DNA of 64,000 nucleotides, taken from contig NC_057720.1 in NCBI RefSeq assembly GCF_004010195.1, positions 24,612,746 to 24,676,745 on the forward strand, written 5' to 3'. The number at the start of each line of letters is the position of its first letter. The first letter of the stretch is position 1. Of this stretch, positions 22,399 to 34,535 are shown in pieces. The translations under genes were made by a program, and so were the position numbers. The notes under the pieces are model-generated. The model was not told where the DNA came from. It worked only from the letters and a program-made list of their open reading frames with translations, and did not search any database. Origin of the DNA: Chiloscyllium plagiosum. Its lineage: Eukaryota.

Positions 22399-23867
22399 CT
22401 TGAAGACAAAAATATAGAACAGAAAAAGTGACACAGCCATGGCTAACAAGTGAAGTTAAGATAGTATTAGCTAATTTGCCAAAATCTTTGTAAGTCTGAG
22501 GATTGGGAGAATGTTTGAATTCAACAAAGGAGAATCAAGTAATTCATAAGAAAAGAGAATAGTATATGAATATATAAGAGCAAAAAACATGAATTGGATG
22601 GTAAATGCTTCTAGATCTATAAAAAAAGGGAAAGATTAACAAAAGCTAATGTGAGTCCAATGCATAGAAGGACAAGATAATTTATATTTGGAAATAAAGA
22701 AATGACAGAGGAAGACATAAGAATTCTCCCAAACATAATGAAGATCCAAGGGTTTAATGAGAGTGTGGAACTGAAAGAAATTAGTATTAATGAATAAAAT
22801 GTATTGGAGAAATTAATGGGACTAAAATTTGACAAATCTCTGGGATATGATGACCTCTACCCTGGAGTGCTGAAAGAGATTGCTCCAGAGATATTGGTTG
22901 CATTGGGGTAAATTTTTCAGATTTCTACTAACTCTGCAACAATCCTGAAGATTGGAAAGTTGCAAATGTAACCCCATTGTTTCATAAAGGAGAAAGAGAG
23001 AAACTAGAGAACTGTAGACATCAGCCTGATATCAGTACATACTACAATCTAATATAAAGGATATGGTTACTGGATATTTAGGAAACAATTTTCTGTTTGA
23101 ACAGAATCAAAATCGATTTATGATGGGGAAATCATGTGTGACAAATCTTGTGACAAAGATTTTTGACAATATTAATAGCAGAGTTGATAAGAGGAATCGG
23201 TGGTTGGAGTGTATTTGAAGTTTCAGAAACCTTTTGATAAAGTCCCACCAAGGAGGTTAGTAAACAAAATTAAAGCGCATGGGATTTGGAGTAATATACT
23301 AGCTTGTATTGAGGACTGGTTAACAGACAGTAAGTCGAGCAAGAGTAAATGGGTTGTTCTCAGGTTGTCAGGCTGTGACTACTTGCATACCATAATGATC
23401 AGTGGATTCCATCAGTTCACAATCAATATCAATCAGCTGAATCTTACATTTTAGCTAAATTGCTTCAAGATTGAAGGAGGTCATTCAGTCCATCAAGACT
23501 TCTCGACAAGTTGTTAAGTAAATTTCTAATTACTAATGACATCAAAGGATATGGGAATTATGTGGGTATATGATATTGAGGTATAAGATTAACTATGATC
23601 TCAAATGACAGAGGAGGCTAAAGGCACAGAATGGTCTATTCTTGCTCCTATGCTCTGAACTCATGGACAATGTCAAAAAGGATTTGAGAGTAGGACATTC
23701 TGTCTTCACTGCTGCTGAATGGTGTAAGTGCAAGGAAGGAAGGCAGTACAGTAAAAGGAGAAGAAATAATACAAAGATTAAAATGAAAATGATTTACTTC
23801 ACTATTATGTATAAAACATAATTCATAAATACCGTACTGTCTAGATGAGTAACTACAATTCTGACAA

Positions 23868-23925
23868 TGTGTTTCTGACCATTATTGTGTTTCTGATCAT
23901 AATTGTTTTTCTGACCATAATTGTG
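23868..23925. repeat. 18-bp tandem repeat, about 3.2 copies
   Basis: tgtgtttctgaccattat / tgtgtttctgatcataat / tgtttttctgaccataat / tgtg. Confidence 0.9.
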
Positions 23926-24057
23926 CTAGTCATGTGGTGTCAGAAGAGCCCATATGGAAAATATATATTATATATTAATTGTACCAAAAATATTCTTCAT
24001 TATTTGGTGTAAACTATTTAAATATTTAACAAGGCAAAGACTTCCAATCTCACTTAC

Positions 24058-24159
24058 CTGATTGAGGATTTCACAAGGACTTGTTGCTTGTATAACAGCC
24101 ACCAAACATCCCACTGAGAATAGCACCAGACCAACATACTTCTGCCCAATTATTGACAT
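24058..24159 (-). CDS. First coding exon (signal peptide + start of LRRNT) of an LRRC19-like / C1orf210(TEMP)-family LRR protein
   Basis: Encodes MSIIGQKYVGLVLFSVGCLVAVIQATSPCEILNQ (34 aa, hydrophobic signal-like core). Acceptor ttatag ends at 24180, giving 20 nt of UTR before the ATG. Donor CAG|gtaagt at 24058/24057 is phase 0 and joins in frame to the LRR exon. Confidence 0.85.
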
Positions 24160-24534
24160 CGTCCGTCACAGAGTCTTTTCTATAAATTAATGTGTTTACA
24201 AATTGTTTTAATCCAAGTACCCATAGTAATCAATAAGAAGTCTGACTGTTTAAAAGCAGTGCATTTATTTTGTTATGATCAAATATTCCAAGATTTAAAA
24301 ATAATAAGTTCATAAATAATTTTAGAATCCAATTGGTGTCATATGATTGTTAGAAGGCTAATGTCAGTATTAATGTAGTTACGAGCACATCAGGATCATG
24401 TCACTAATACTTTTCTTTTGTGTGTTACAGCTGTTAGAATAATCTGCATATCAGAAGTGCAGATATCTATTCGTACAACAACAATTGACAGTTATAGAAT
24501 CAATCTGGAATAAAGTAGTGAGTTTAGAAATAAA

Positions 24535-25620
24535 TTAATTCACGGAATGTGGACATTGCTGGCTCGCCAGCATTTATTGTCTATCCCTAACTGCCCCTGA
24601 GAAAATGGTCATGAACTACTATACTACTATATCTTGAACTACTATAGTCCAACAGTGTAGGTCTTCCCACTATGCTAATATGGAGGGAGTTCCAGTATTT
24701 TGACTTAGCAATGGTGAAAGAACAGCAAAATATTTCTATAACAGGGTGGTGTGCGGCTTGGAGTAAAACTTGTCGGGGTAGTGTTTCCCATGTATCTGCT
24801 GTTCTTGTAATTGGTAGTGGTTATAGCTTTGGAAGGTGCTGTCTAGGGATCTTTGGTGAGTTATTGCAGTACATCTTGTACATGGCACACAATACTGCTG
24901 CTAATGTGCATTAGTGGTGGAGGGGATTAATGTTAACGGATGCGGTGCTAATGAAGTGGGTAGCTTTGTCCTGGATGACGACAAGATTCATGACTATTGT
25001 TGGAGATCTACTTATCCTGGCAAGTGAAGAGTATTCCATCACACTCCTGACTTGTGCCTGGTAGATGTTGGACAGAGTTTGGGGAGTTAATCACTACAGG
25101 ATTCCTATTTGCTGGCCTGCTCTTGTAGCCAAAGTACTTATTGTGAGGGACTAAGTGATAGCAACAGCATTGAATATCAAGAGGCAGTGTCTATATTCTT
25201 TTTTGTGGGAGATAGTCATTGCCTGGCATTTGTGTGGCATGAATGCTACTCGCCACATTACAGCCCAAGATTGGCCAGGTCTTGCTGCATTTGGACATGG
25301 ATGCTTGAGTATCTCAGGAGTCATGAATAGTGCAATCATCAGCCAATATCCCCACTTCTGATCTAATAATGGATGAAAGGTCATTAATGAAGCAGCTGGA
25401 GATGGTTGCACTTGAGGAACTCCTGCAGTCTTAAGCTGGAGCTGAAATGACTGACATTGAACACTCACAATCAGCTTCCTTCTGCTGAGTATGACTCTTA
25501 CCAGTACAGAGTTTATTCCCCTGGTTCCCATTGACTCTAGTACTGATGGGAATCCTTGATGCCACGCTCAGTCCAAGCCAACATTAATATCAAAGGCAGC
25601 CACCCTCCCCTCCTCTGGAA
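24535..25620 (-). mobile_element. Old non-LTR retrotransposon (CR1-related clade) RT 3' part
   Basis: AGVPQ and WRVAFMPHKCQAMTIS remnants; same family at 31735-31839 + 34141-34535 (-) and 48335-48740 (+). Confidence 0.8.
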
Positions 25621-25789
25621 TTAGTTCTTTTATAATAATAAAAATTATAATGTAACCTGAGTAACAACAATCTTCTTGTCTGACTAATAAAGTTTTGAAA
25701 TAACATGAAGATTGAAATAAAGCAACAGAAATTAATTGTTCAATCTGACCATTACCAATAATACCACGTCAATGACATATCATTCCATA

Positions 25790-26325
25790 GCTCACTTAGT
25801 GACCCATCAGCCACTGAATCATAAGGATTTGCGTTTACGTCCTACTCCAGGGCATGAGCACAAAGATCAGGGTTGATTCTCCAGTGAATGCTGAACGTTC
25901 TCTCGAGGGAGCATTGACCTGTGGGAGGTACCATCTTTTAGCCAAAATTTTAATTAAGAACCCAGCTGCCTGGTCAGTGGATGCAATAGACCCCAGATCC
26001 CAATTTCAAAGAAAATCAGGAGAGCTATCCCTGGTGTAAAATAAAAACAGAAAAGGCTGGAAAAACTTAGCAGTATCAGTGTAGAGAGAAAAGGAATTAA
26101 AATTTTGATTCCAGTATGTTAATCTTCCTTTAAATGGTTACCTTTGGTCTCCTGGCCAATATTTACCCCACAAAACATTACAAAAAACAGATTAGCTTGT
26201 CATGTCACATTGTTATCTGTGAGAATTTGCTGAGAATGGTTGCTGCATTTTCTACATTACAACAAAACAATTTAACAAGTAGTTCCTTGTGTATAAAGTG
26301 CTTTATAAATGCAAGCCCTTCTTTG
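25790..26325 (+). mobile_element. Decayed Deu-domain SINE interrupted by a PLE repeat fragment (about 26036-26135)
   Basis: ggaggtaccatcttt, cctggccaatatttacccc, ggttgctgcattttctacattacaaca, ataaatgcaag. Confidence 0.65.
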
Positions 26326-27300
26326 ATCTAATATTAGATAACATGTATTGGCTAGCATGAGAGAATGGGCTTCTAAAGAACAGCACTTCCTTTCCTGTCT
26401 TTTTGAGTTTTTGGTAGTGGTCACAAGGTAGTAGATTCATTGTTTATACATAGTCCTGATGTGGAAAGCAGCCAACAAACTCTTAAATATTATTCCAGTG
26501 CACTGCAGGTTAGATCTTGAAGTTGCCAGAGCCAGAACCTTCCATGTTCCAACCGTAAATAAATTGAGACATTTTTTCTCATGGCGGGGGAAGGGGAGGA
26601 AGACTGTAACTATTGTTCTGCAAAACAATGTGGAATATAAATTTGGCATTTTCCCCTTCTTTGTTGTTGAGGATATTATTATTAAACATTACTTTAACAA
26701 GTAGGAGCCATTTGCCATTCTATCAGCTGGAACTGCCATCTATTTGCAGACTGTTAACCACTGAGTGTCCTTTAGTTGCATGCTAGGAATCATTTGAGAC
26801 AATCTCAAGCTATCAGATAGTTGCAAAGCTTATCACTGTCAAGGTTGCCATGGATTCTTACATTTCAGACAACAGGAGTGATAGCTCCCCATTTGCTGGG
26901 TAGTGAAAATTCTGAGAAGTCCCAGAAACTCTGTACCTCAAGACAGTATTTTCTTTCTCTATGCAAGGGCCAGACCAAATGGCTGGATATCACCCACATT
27001 TAAAATTTGCTGGGACCGCCAAGTGCCATTGACTGTACCACACTGTCTTGCCTTCTCCTTATCACCATCCCAAATCTTTTCCAGTTAGGATGGTAAGCAT
27101 GGACATGACAATTTAGGCACCCCAGTCTGGTTTCTGGAGGGTGTGAGCTCAGAACTTCTATTCGGCCTGAAGGATGTAGTGACCCAAAACCTGGGAGAAA
27201 ATCCTGCCCCATGTGTTCAGCTGCAAGATGAGCATTTCCCCAATTTACTTGTCAACAAGTGGCAAGTCAGGTGCTTTTGAGTAACGTTTGCTTAAGCCAA

Positions 27301-27541
27301 CAGAAACTGAAAGTGCTGGAGAAACTCAGCAGGGTCTGGCAGCATCTGGAGAGAGAAGAAGCAGAGATAATGTTTTGACCTCACTAATCCTTCATCAGAA
27401 CCCATTACATTAGGATGGAAGGTCTCTGGACTTGAAATAACTCTGCTCTCTCTCTCTGCAGATGCAGTGCACCTGCCGAGTTTCTCCAGCACTGTCTGTT
27501 TGTGTTTCAGATTTCCGGCATCTGTAGTTCTTTGCTTTCGA
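27301..27541. mobile_element. Fold-back PLE cassette (family C), old
   Basis: Inverted arms gtgctggagaaactc...agcatctg vs cagatgc...gagtttctccagcac. Direct flanks ttgcttaagccaa / ttgcttcagccaa (27288-27300, 27542-27554). Decayed hammerheads. Confidence 0.8.
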
Positions 27542-28834
27542 TTGCTTCAGCCAAATTTATGGAAGCTTTGTGTTTTATGTTTTAAATCTTTTTTTTAAGA
27601 GCTGTTGTTCACTGTCAGGGGAGACAAAGGTGACCCAGATGTGTGACCTTTGGTTACAGTGTCTTTAGATCAGCCACATGAGCAGGACAGACTGCAGAAA
27701 ATTCAGTGGGAAATTACTCAAATAGTGAGGCAGCAGAGAAGGAGAAGGACAAAGGCATTCCATTACAGGCCCCCTACACTTCCATATCCCCCCACCCCGA
27801 CAGGAATCTTCATGACATCCAGGAGCAGAACTTGAGGTGACTTGGTTTTGCATTGCAATAGTAACTAAACTGTGTAACCTCCATCAACCCAGCTTGAGTT
27901 ACACAACAGAATGAGTCTGGTCATGATGAGGGTATTGATGAGGACACTGGTGAAGTAGCATGAAGCTGAAGCAAAGATTGCTGGACAAGCCTACACATCA
28001 AACAGAGCACTGCGATTGCACTGAGGGAGCTCCAGCAGAACCTGCTGCCAGCAGATCCATGGATCTCATGACCAGCATCTGAACATTTCACTGCAGCACC
28101 CAAAGGTTCATTGGCTCCCCTTCATGGAAGGTGGATACAAGACACCACATAACAGTTGACTGTAGTCTTGAATTAAGCACCACTTCCTAACTCAAAATGA
28201 GGGTCTCCAAGTCCTGTTCAAAATCTCTTGCCAGGCTGGACTTGGATTCCTCCATTCTCCTTGAGTGTGACATGAAGCTGTTCAGTGAGCCATCCTCCCA
28301 ATTTGCAAAGTTTCTTGTTATACATAAAACAGAAAACTCAGGAGGTAAAGTAGGCCATTCAGCCCACTGAGTCTGTTCTGCCATTTAATGAGATCACAGC
28401 TGACCTGATAATACTGAATTCTACTTTAGTGCATTTACCCATGACCCTTGATTCCCCTATCATATAACCACATGGTCACCAGCATGCTCCTGAATGCTAC
28501 ACTATCAAAATCCTCAGCTCCGATCCAAACTGTGATCTCACCCCCTAGTGAGCTGGCACATGACCCACTATTTCTCTCTGGCCTAGTTGCCACCCATTTG
28601 TACTGGGTAACATACTATGTGCACCTCCTGCATCTGACTTTATGGCTGCAAGTGACTTCTTTGTTGAATTTGCTGTCTTTGCTGTGGATGGACGATTTAA
28701 CAAGCAGAAGAGGAAACATGGAGTGGAGAGGAAGGGAAAATGTCCATGATCACACCTTGCCCTACAGCTTTTTGCTTCATGATAGATTCAGGGATAAGAT
28801 TCAGGAAGGAGCTGAAAAAGGTAGTCTCAGCAAT

Positions 28835-29420
28835 ATTGGTCAGAATATTGAGTCCAGGAGTTGGGAGGTCATGTTGCGGCTGAACAGGACATTGGTTAGG
28901 CCACTTTTGGAATATTGCATGCAATTGTGGTCTCCTTCCTATTGGAAGGATGTTGTGAAACTTGAAAAGGTCCAGAAAAGATTTACAAGCATGTTGCCAG
29001 AGTTGGAGGATTTGAGATACAGGGAGAGGTTAAGTAGGCCAGGGCTGTTATCCCTGGTGCACAGAAGCTGAGGAGTGACCTTATGGAGGTTTATGAAATC
29101 ATGAGGGGCATAGATAGGGTAAATAGGCAAAGTCTTTTCCCTGGGTCGGGGAGTCCAGAACTAGAGGGCATAGGTTTAGGGTGAGAGGGGAAAGATATAA
29201 AAGAGACCTAAGGGGCAACGTTTTCATGCAGAGGGTGGTGCATGTGTGAAATGTGGTGGAGGCTAGTACAATTGCAACATTTAAAAGGCATATAGATGAG
29301 TATATGAATAGGAAGGGTTTGGAGGGATTTGGGCGGGTGCTTGCAGGTGGGTCTAGATTAGGTTAGGGTATCTGGTCAGCGACGATTTGGACCGAAGGTG
29401 CTGTACATCTCTATGACTCT
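28835..29420 (+). mobile_element. CR1 (HER1-like) 3' fragment
   Basis: LVRPLLEYCMQLWSP...; ctatgactct tail. Confidence 0.92.
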
Positions 29421-29439
29421 AATATGATGGCAGTTGTGT

Positions 29440-30665
29440 AAAACTAAGATGCGGGCTAGTGTATTGAGATAGATTTTAAAAAACAGGTTACCAGATGAGA
29501 AATAAAAATAGGAATAAATAGGTCTTTTTCTGAATGGCAGGCAGTGGCTAGGGGGATACAGCAGGGATCAGTATGAGGATCCCAGCTTTCACAATTTATG
29601 CTAATGATTTAAATGAGAAAACTATGTGTCATATCTCCAAGATTGCAATTACTCAAAACTGAGTGGAAGGGTGAGCTGTGAGGAGGATGCAGAGATGTTG
29701 CAGTGGTTAAATGCATGAAAATAAAAACTGAGGTGAAGCAGCATTAAGGAATCCTCTTGGCCTTCATAACAAGAGGATTCAAGTACAGAAACAGGAATGT
29801 GTTGCTGCAATTATACAGGACACTGTTGAGGCCACACCTGGAATATTGTGTGCAGTTTTGATCTCTTTATCTGAGAAAGGATTAGATTACATTACTTACA
29901 GTGTGGAAACAGGCCCTTCAGCCCAACAAGTCCATACCGACCCTCTGAAGAGCAACCCACCCAGACCCATTCCCCTCACCTAACACTACGGGCAATTTAG
30001 CATGGCCAATTCACCTAACGTGCACTTTTTTGGACTGTGGGAGGAAACTGGAGCACCCGGAGGAAACCCACGCAGACACGGGGAGAATGTGCAAACAGAC
30101 AGTTGCCTGAGATTGGAATTGAATGCAGGTCTCTGGCGCTGCGAGGCAGCAGTGCTAACCACTGTGCCACCGTGCCACCCCTTGATATAGAAGGAGTACA
30201 GTGAAGCGTTTTGAAATTGGTTCCCGAGATGGGAGGACTGAAGAGAGATTAAATTGGTTAGGATTATATTTTCTGGAGTTTTAAAGAATGAGTGGGGTAG
30301 GCTCTTAGAAACCTCTGAGATCCTAACAAGGTAAGACGGGTTAGTTGCAGGAAGAATTATCTCAATGGCGGCTGAGTCCGGAAACAGGGGTCATAGTCTA
30401 AGGATAAGGAGCAAGCCTTTTAAGAAGAGATGAGGAGACATTTTTTCATCTTGAGAGTGGTCAGCCCATGGAATTCACTACCACTGAAAGTATTTGAGGC
30501 CAAAACATTACGTTTTTAAGAAGGAGGTAGATATAGCTCTTGAAGAGATCAGGGATGGAGACAGGATTAGAGTACTGAGCTCAACGATCAGTTGTGGTCA
30601 TATTGAATGGTGGAGTAGACTCGAGAGGTTGAATGGCCAACTACTGCTCCTATCTCCTATGTAAA
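29440..30665 (+). mobile_element. Older CR1 RT 3' region interrupted by a SINE
   Basis: Decayed QGSV..PQLFTIY and LLRPHLEYCVQF motifs; resumes at 30121 after the SINE. Confidence 0.8.
29880..30120 (-). mobile_element. HE1-like V-SINE
   Basis: Pol III A box (tggcacagtgg) and B-box-like head on minus, V-domain gtgtctgcgtgggtttcctccgggtgctcc, CR1-like tail. Confidence 0.9.
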
Positions 30666-30797
30666 CATCCAGCCCCGTGATACAGAGCATCATTTCCCCT
30701 CTTCAATTGTGCAGGTGGAGTCGTCACAATTCAATGAATGGTTGGAGTAGTGTGGAAGCAATGGAAGATAAATTTGAGATTGGCAACAATGGACGTT

Positions 30798-30843
30798 GAG
30801 TGTGTGTGTGTGTGTGAGAGAGAGAGGGAGAGCGAGAGAGAGA
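30798..30843. repeat. (TG)n(AG)n compound microsatellite
   Basis: Direct observation. Confidence 0.9.
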
Positions 30844-31839
30844 AATGGAGGTTGTGAATGCAATGCACAGGTTTTCAGTACACCTGGATGAGTAATTGAA
30901 TTGTGTTGCATTGAGTCGCATGAGAAATTGGTTCTTTGGTAGGTATGAGAGGTGATGTGACGATGCACTTATCTTAATCACACATGTGAAATCACTGAAC
31001 CACACAGTTGCCATGTCATTGGGCTGGTTACTGGACATTTGCCTCCTTTACCACCTTTGGTGAACTGATCTGAGGACCTCCTGGTATAAGGTATGATTGG
31101 GTGGTTGTGGAATGGCATGAACATTTTCCTCATTAGTCAAGAAATACAAATATTTGGGTAATAGTTATTAGTGTCGTCATGGCTGATCTGAAATTCCTTA
31201 CGTTGGCACAATTTTTATACATTAACTTGTCCCATTAACGACTGGTATCAATTGTTACAACTGCTTCCCAATTCCTGGTTGTCAACTAGATTCAACTGCT
31301 CCTGTTGAACTGGTTCCATATTGATGACCATGAATCCATTGTTCTCCTGCCCTCCATTCTATCACAGATTATCTATTTTGTCCCTGTTTCCAACCTTTCC
31401 CTTTCACAAATTCAAAACCTGTTCGATTTTTCCTTTTGCCAGTGAAGAATGCACAGATCTGAAAAGTTAACTCAGAGTGAAAGTTTCCAGTTTTTTTTAA
31501 AGTGCTAAGTGAGTGCAATAACATGCAGGACACCCTGCACTCCCCCCACCCTGACAATTGGAGAGCTAGTCCCATCTTGTGCCTATTAGACACTTGAATG
31601 GTCAACTAGTAGATATTCAGCACATGGGTTCCTGGATCAGCAATGACTCACCCTATGTGAAGCACCTGCCAATCTGATGTTAGCAACCACAGTCCATCAT
31701 AGTGCCATCTTAGGGTCCAGGGTTACAATCCTTTTGCATTAATTCACTCATGGGGTGTGGGAATTACTAAGTGACTAGCATTTATAGCCCATCCCTATTT
31801 ACCCTTGAGAAGGTTGTGGTGAGCTGCCTTCCTCAACCG

Positions 31840-34140
31840 TGATGTGGAAGTGCTGGTGTTAGACTGTGGTGGACAAAGTTAAAAACCACACAACACCACG
31901 TTAGAGTCCAACTGTTTCCAGAGCGCTGTTCCTTCTTCAGGTAGCTAGTTGGCAGGGTCATAGGACACAGAATGTTTAGTAAAAAATCAAAGTATCTTTG
32001 ATGTCATGTATTGAACAAAAATAGAAATCTGTTGAGAGTGTGCTGTTGGAAAAGCACAGCAGGTTAGGCAGCATCCGAGGAGCAGGAGAATCGATGTTTC
32101 GGACCAGAGCCCTTCATCAGGAAGGGCTGATGAAGGGTTCCAGCCTGAAACGTCAATTCTCCTGCTCCTCAGATGCTGCCTGACCTGCTGTGCTTTTCCA
32201 CACTCTTGACTCTGATCTCCAGTATCTGCAGACCTCACTTTCTCCTAAAGATAAATTGCTGTTAAATCTTTAATCGGTTAGAATGGGGTTGCAAGTTTTG
32301 ATTCATTAATATGTAGGTTTTAAAAAAAGCAGTGACATCTCAGTTCAGAAAATGCATTAAAAGTGTGAGGTTAGAATCTGTCTGTATCCCAACCTTGAGT
32401 CAGACTGGTTCTATTTCCAAATTAGGAATTGATCAAAGTGTCACATGGTCTGACTGCCGACATATTGTGTGCTTTTGAACAAAATAAAATGTATCTGCAA
32501 ATACAAATCTGCAAATGCAGGTTCACCCCATAGACTTATATGTGTGTGCCTGTGTATGTGCATGTGAGGAAGGAAGGGGGGGGCGGCGGGAGAGAGAGAG
32601 GGGGAGTGACAGAGAGAGGGGGAGTGACAGAGTAAGTGTGTGTCCGAGAGGGAGCATGTTTATGAGAGAGGGTCTGTGTGTGTGAGTGTGATTGTGAGTA
32701 AGAGTGTGTGTGAGAGTATATAATGTAGTAGGGTCACCTGTAGTATTACATGAACCAAAGATCCTGGTTGAGGCCATCCTCATGGGCATGGAACTTGGCT
32801 ATCACCCTATGCTCATGACTCTGCGTTGTTGCGTATCCTGAAGTCCACCTTGGAGGATGATCACCGAAGATCTGAAGCCGAATGTCCCTGACTGCTGAAG
32901 TGTTCCCGGTGAGGAAGGAACATTCCTGTCTGGCAATTGACCCATCTGTGGTTGTAGCATCTGCTTGGTCTCGCCAATATACCATGCCTTGAGGCATCCT
33001 TGCCTGCAGCGTATGATATAGACAACGTTGGCCTAGTTACACGGGTACCTGCCGTGTACTTGGTGGTTGGTATCTCCATGTCTAATGGCAGTGTCCGTGT
33101 CAACACTCTGACACATCTTGCAGTGGTTGCCATGACAGGGTTGTATGGTTTGTGGTTGATGTTGTCCTGAAGGCTGGGCAGTTTGCTGCGAATAATGGTC
33201 TGTTTAAGATTTGACAGTTGTTTAAAGGTGAAAAGTGGTGGCGTAGGGAAGATCTTGGCGCAGTGCTCATCCTCATCAATAATGTGTTGCAGGCTGCAAA
33301 GAAGATGGCGTAGTTTCTCTGCTCCCAGGAAGTATTGGAAGACGAGGGGTACCCTATTAGTCGTTTCCTGTGTCTGTCTCCTTACAAGGTAATTACAGTT
33401 TCTCGCTGTGGCATGTCAGAACTGGTGATCGATGAGTATCGTGTCCTGTTCTTATGAGGGCATCCTTCAGCGCCTCAGGTAACTGTCATCTGAACAGATC
33501 CTGTGTATGCGTAGGGCTTGTCTGTAGGGGATGGCTGTTTTAATATGTTTAGAGTCGAAGCTATTGCAGCATTGTGAGGTTATCAATAGGCTTGCGGTAG
33601 AGTGAGGTACTGAGGTGCCCATTCTCACACACATGCACACACATATAGGACTATGAGGTGAATTTGCTTTTACAGATTTGTATTTGCTATTACATTTTGT
33701 TTTGTTCAAAAAGCACACAATCTGTAGGCAGTCAATCCATGTGGCACTTGATCAATTCCTACTTTTGAGATAGAACCAGTCTGACTCAAGGTTGGGATAC
33801 AGACAGATTCTAACATCACACCTTTAATACATTTTCTGAGCTGAGATGTCACTGTTTTTTGATAAAACCTTAAGTTATCTTGAGAATGTGACTTGAAAGA
33901 AGTTCTAGGATTTACATATTAATGAATAGAAATCTGCAACCCCAGTCCAAGTGATTAAAGACTTAACAGCAATCTTGGTTTGTTCATTACATCACCAGTT
34001 GCATGACACTGACCTTTTACTATAAATTCTATGCCCTCTGATTCTGCCCCACTAGCTACCTGACGAAGCAGCAGCGCTCTGAAAGCTTGTAATTCCAAAT
34101 AAAGCTGTTGGACTATAACATGGTGTTGTGTGATTTTTAA
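31840..34140 (-). mobile_element. Penelope-like element (family B) with long inverted terminal repeats, inserted in a LINE
   Basis: KTAIPYRQALRIHRICSD and GIY-YIG-region remnants on minus (32740-33600). Arms about 31873-32560 vs 33620-34140 are inverted copies. Flanks cttcctcaaccg / cttcctgaaccg. Hammerhead CTGACGA...GAAAGC at about 34060-34088. Confidence 0.88.
32030..32246. mobile_element. Fold-back PLE cassette (family A) nested in the family B arm
   Basis: Back-to-back hammerhead cores (minus about 32092-32120, plus about 32128-32154) with inverted arms. Confidence 0.85.
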
Positions 34141-34535
34141 CTTCCTGAACCGCTGCAGTCCACATATTGTAGGTTGATCTTTAATGCAATTAGGGAGGAA
34201 ATTCCAGGATTCTGACCTGGAAACAGTGAAGGAATGGTGATATATTTCCAAGTCAAAATGGTGAGTGACTTGAAGGGGAACTTATAGTCAGTGGTATTCC
34301 CATGTATCTGCTGCCCTTGTCCTTCTAGGTAGAAGTGGTCATGGGTTTGGAAGATGCTGTCTAAGGATTTTTAATGCATTTCTGTGGTGCATCTTGCAGA
34401 TAGTACACACTGCTGTTACTGAGCGTCGATGGTGGAGGGAATGGATGTGGAGCCAATCAAGCGGATGCTTTGTCCTGGATGGTGTCAAGCTTCTTGAGGG
34501 TTGTTCAAGCTGCACCCATCCAGGCAAGTGGGAGT

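Larger units (their letters stand above)
18238..23660 (+). mobile_element. Old CR1 element fragmented by nested insertions
   Basis: Collinear remnants: ORF1 VHMGTNN (18240), endonuclease pieces (18980-19790), tether/RT (22400-23440, FQKPFDKVP) and tail (about 23650). Confidence 0.7.

Noticed and set aside
27700..28760. Possible Harbinger-type transposon relic (also about 61150-61700)
   Set aside because: Only a vague compositional resemblance; no diagnostic motif or terminal repeats.
28448..29071. 207-aa ORF
   Set aside because: C-terminal part is CR1 RT; the N-terminal part has no domain or splice support.
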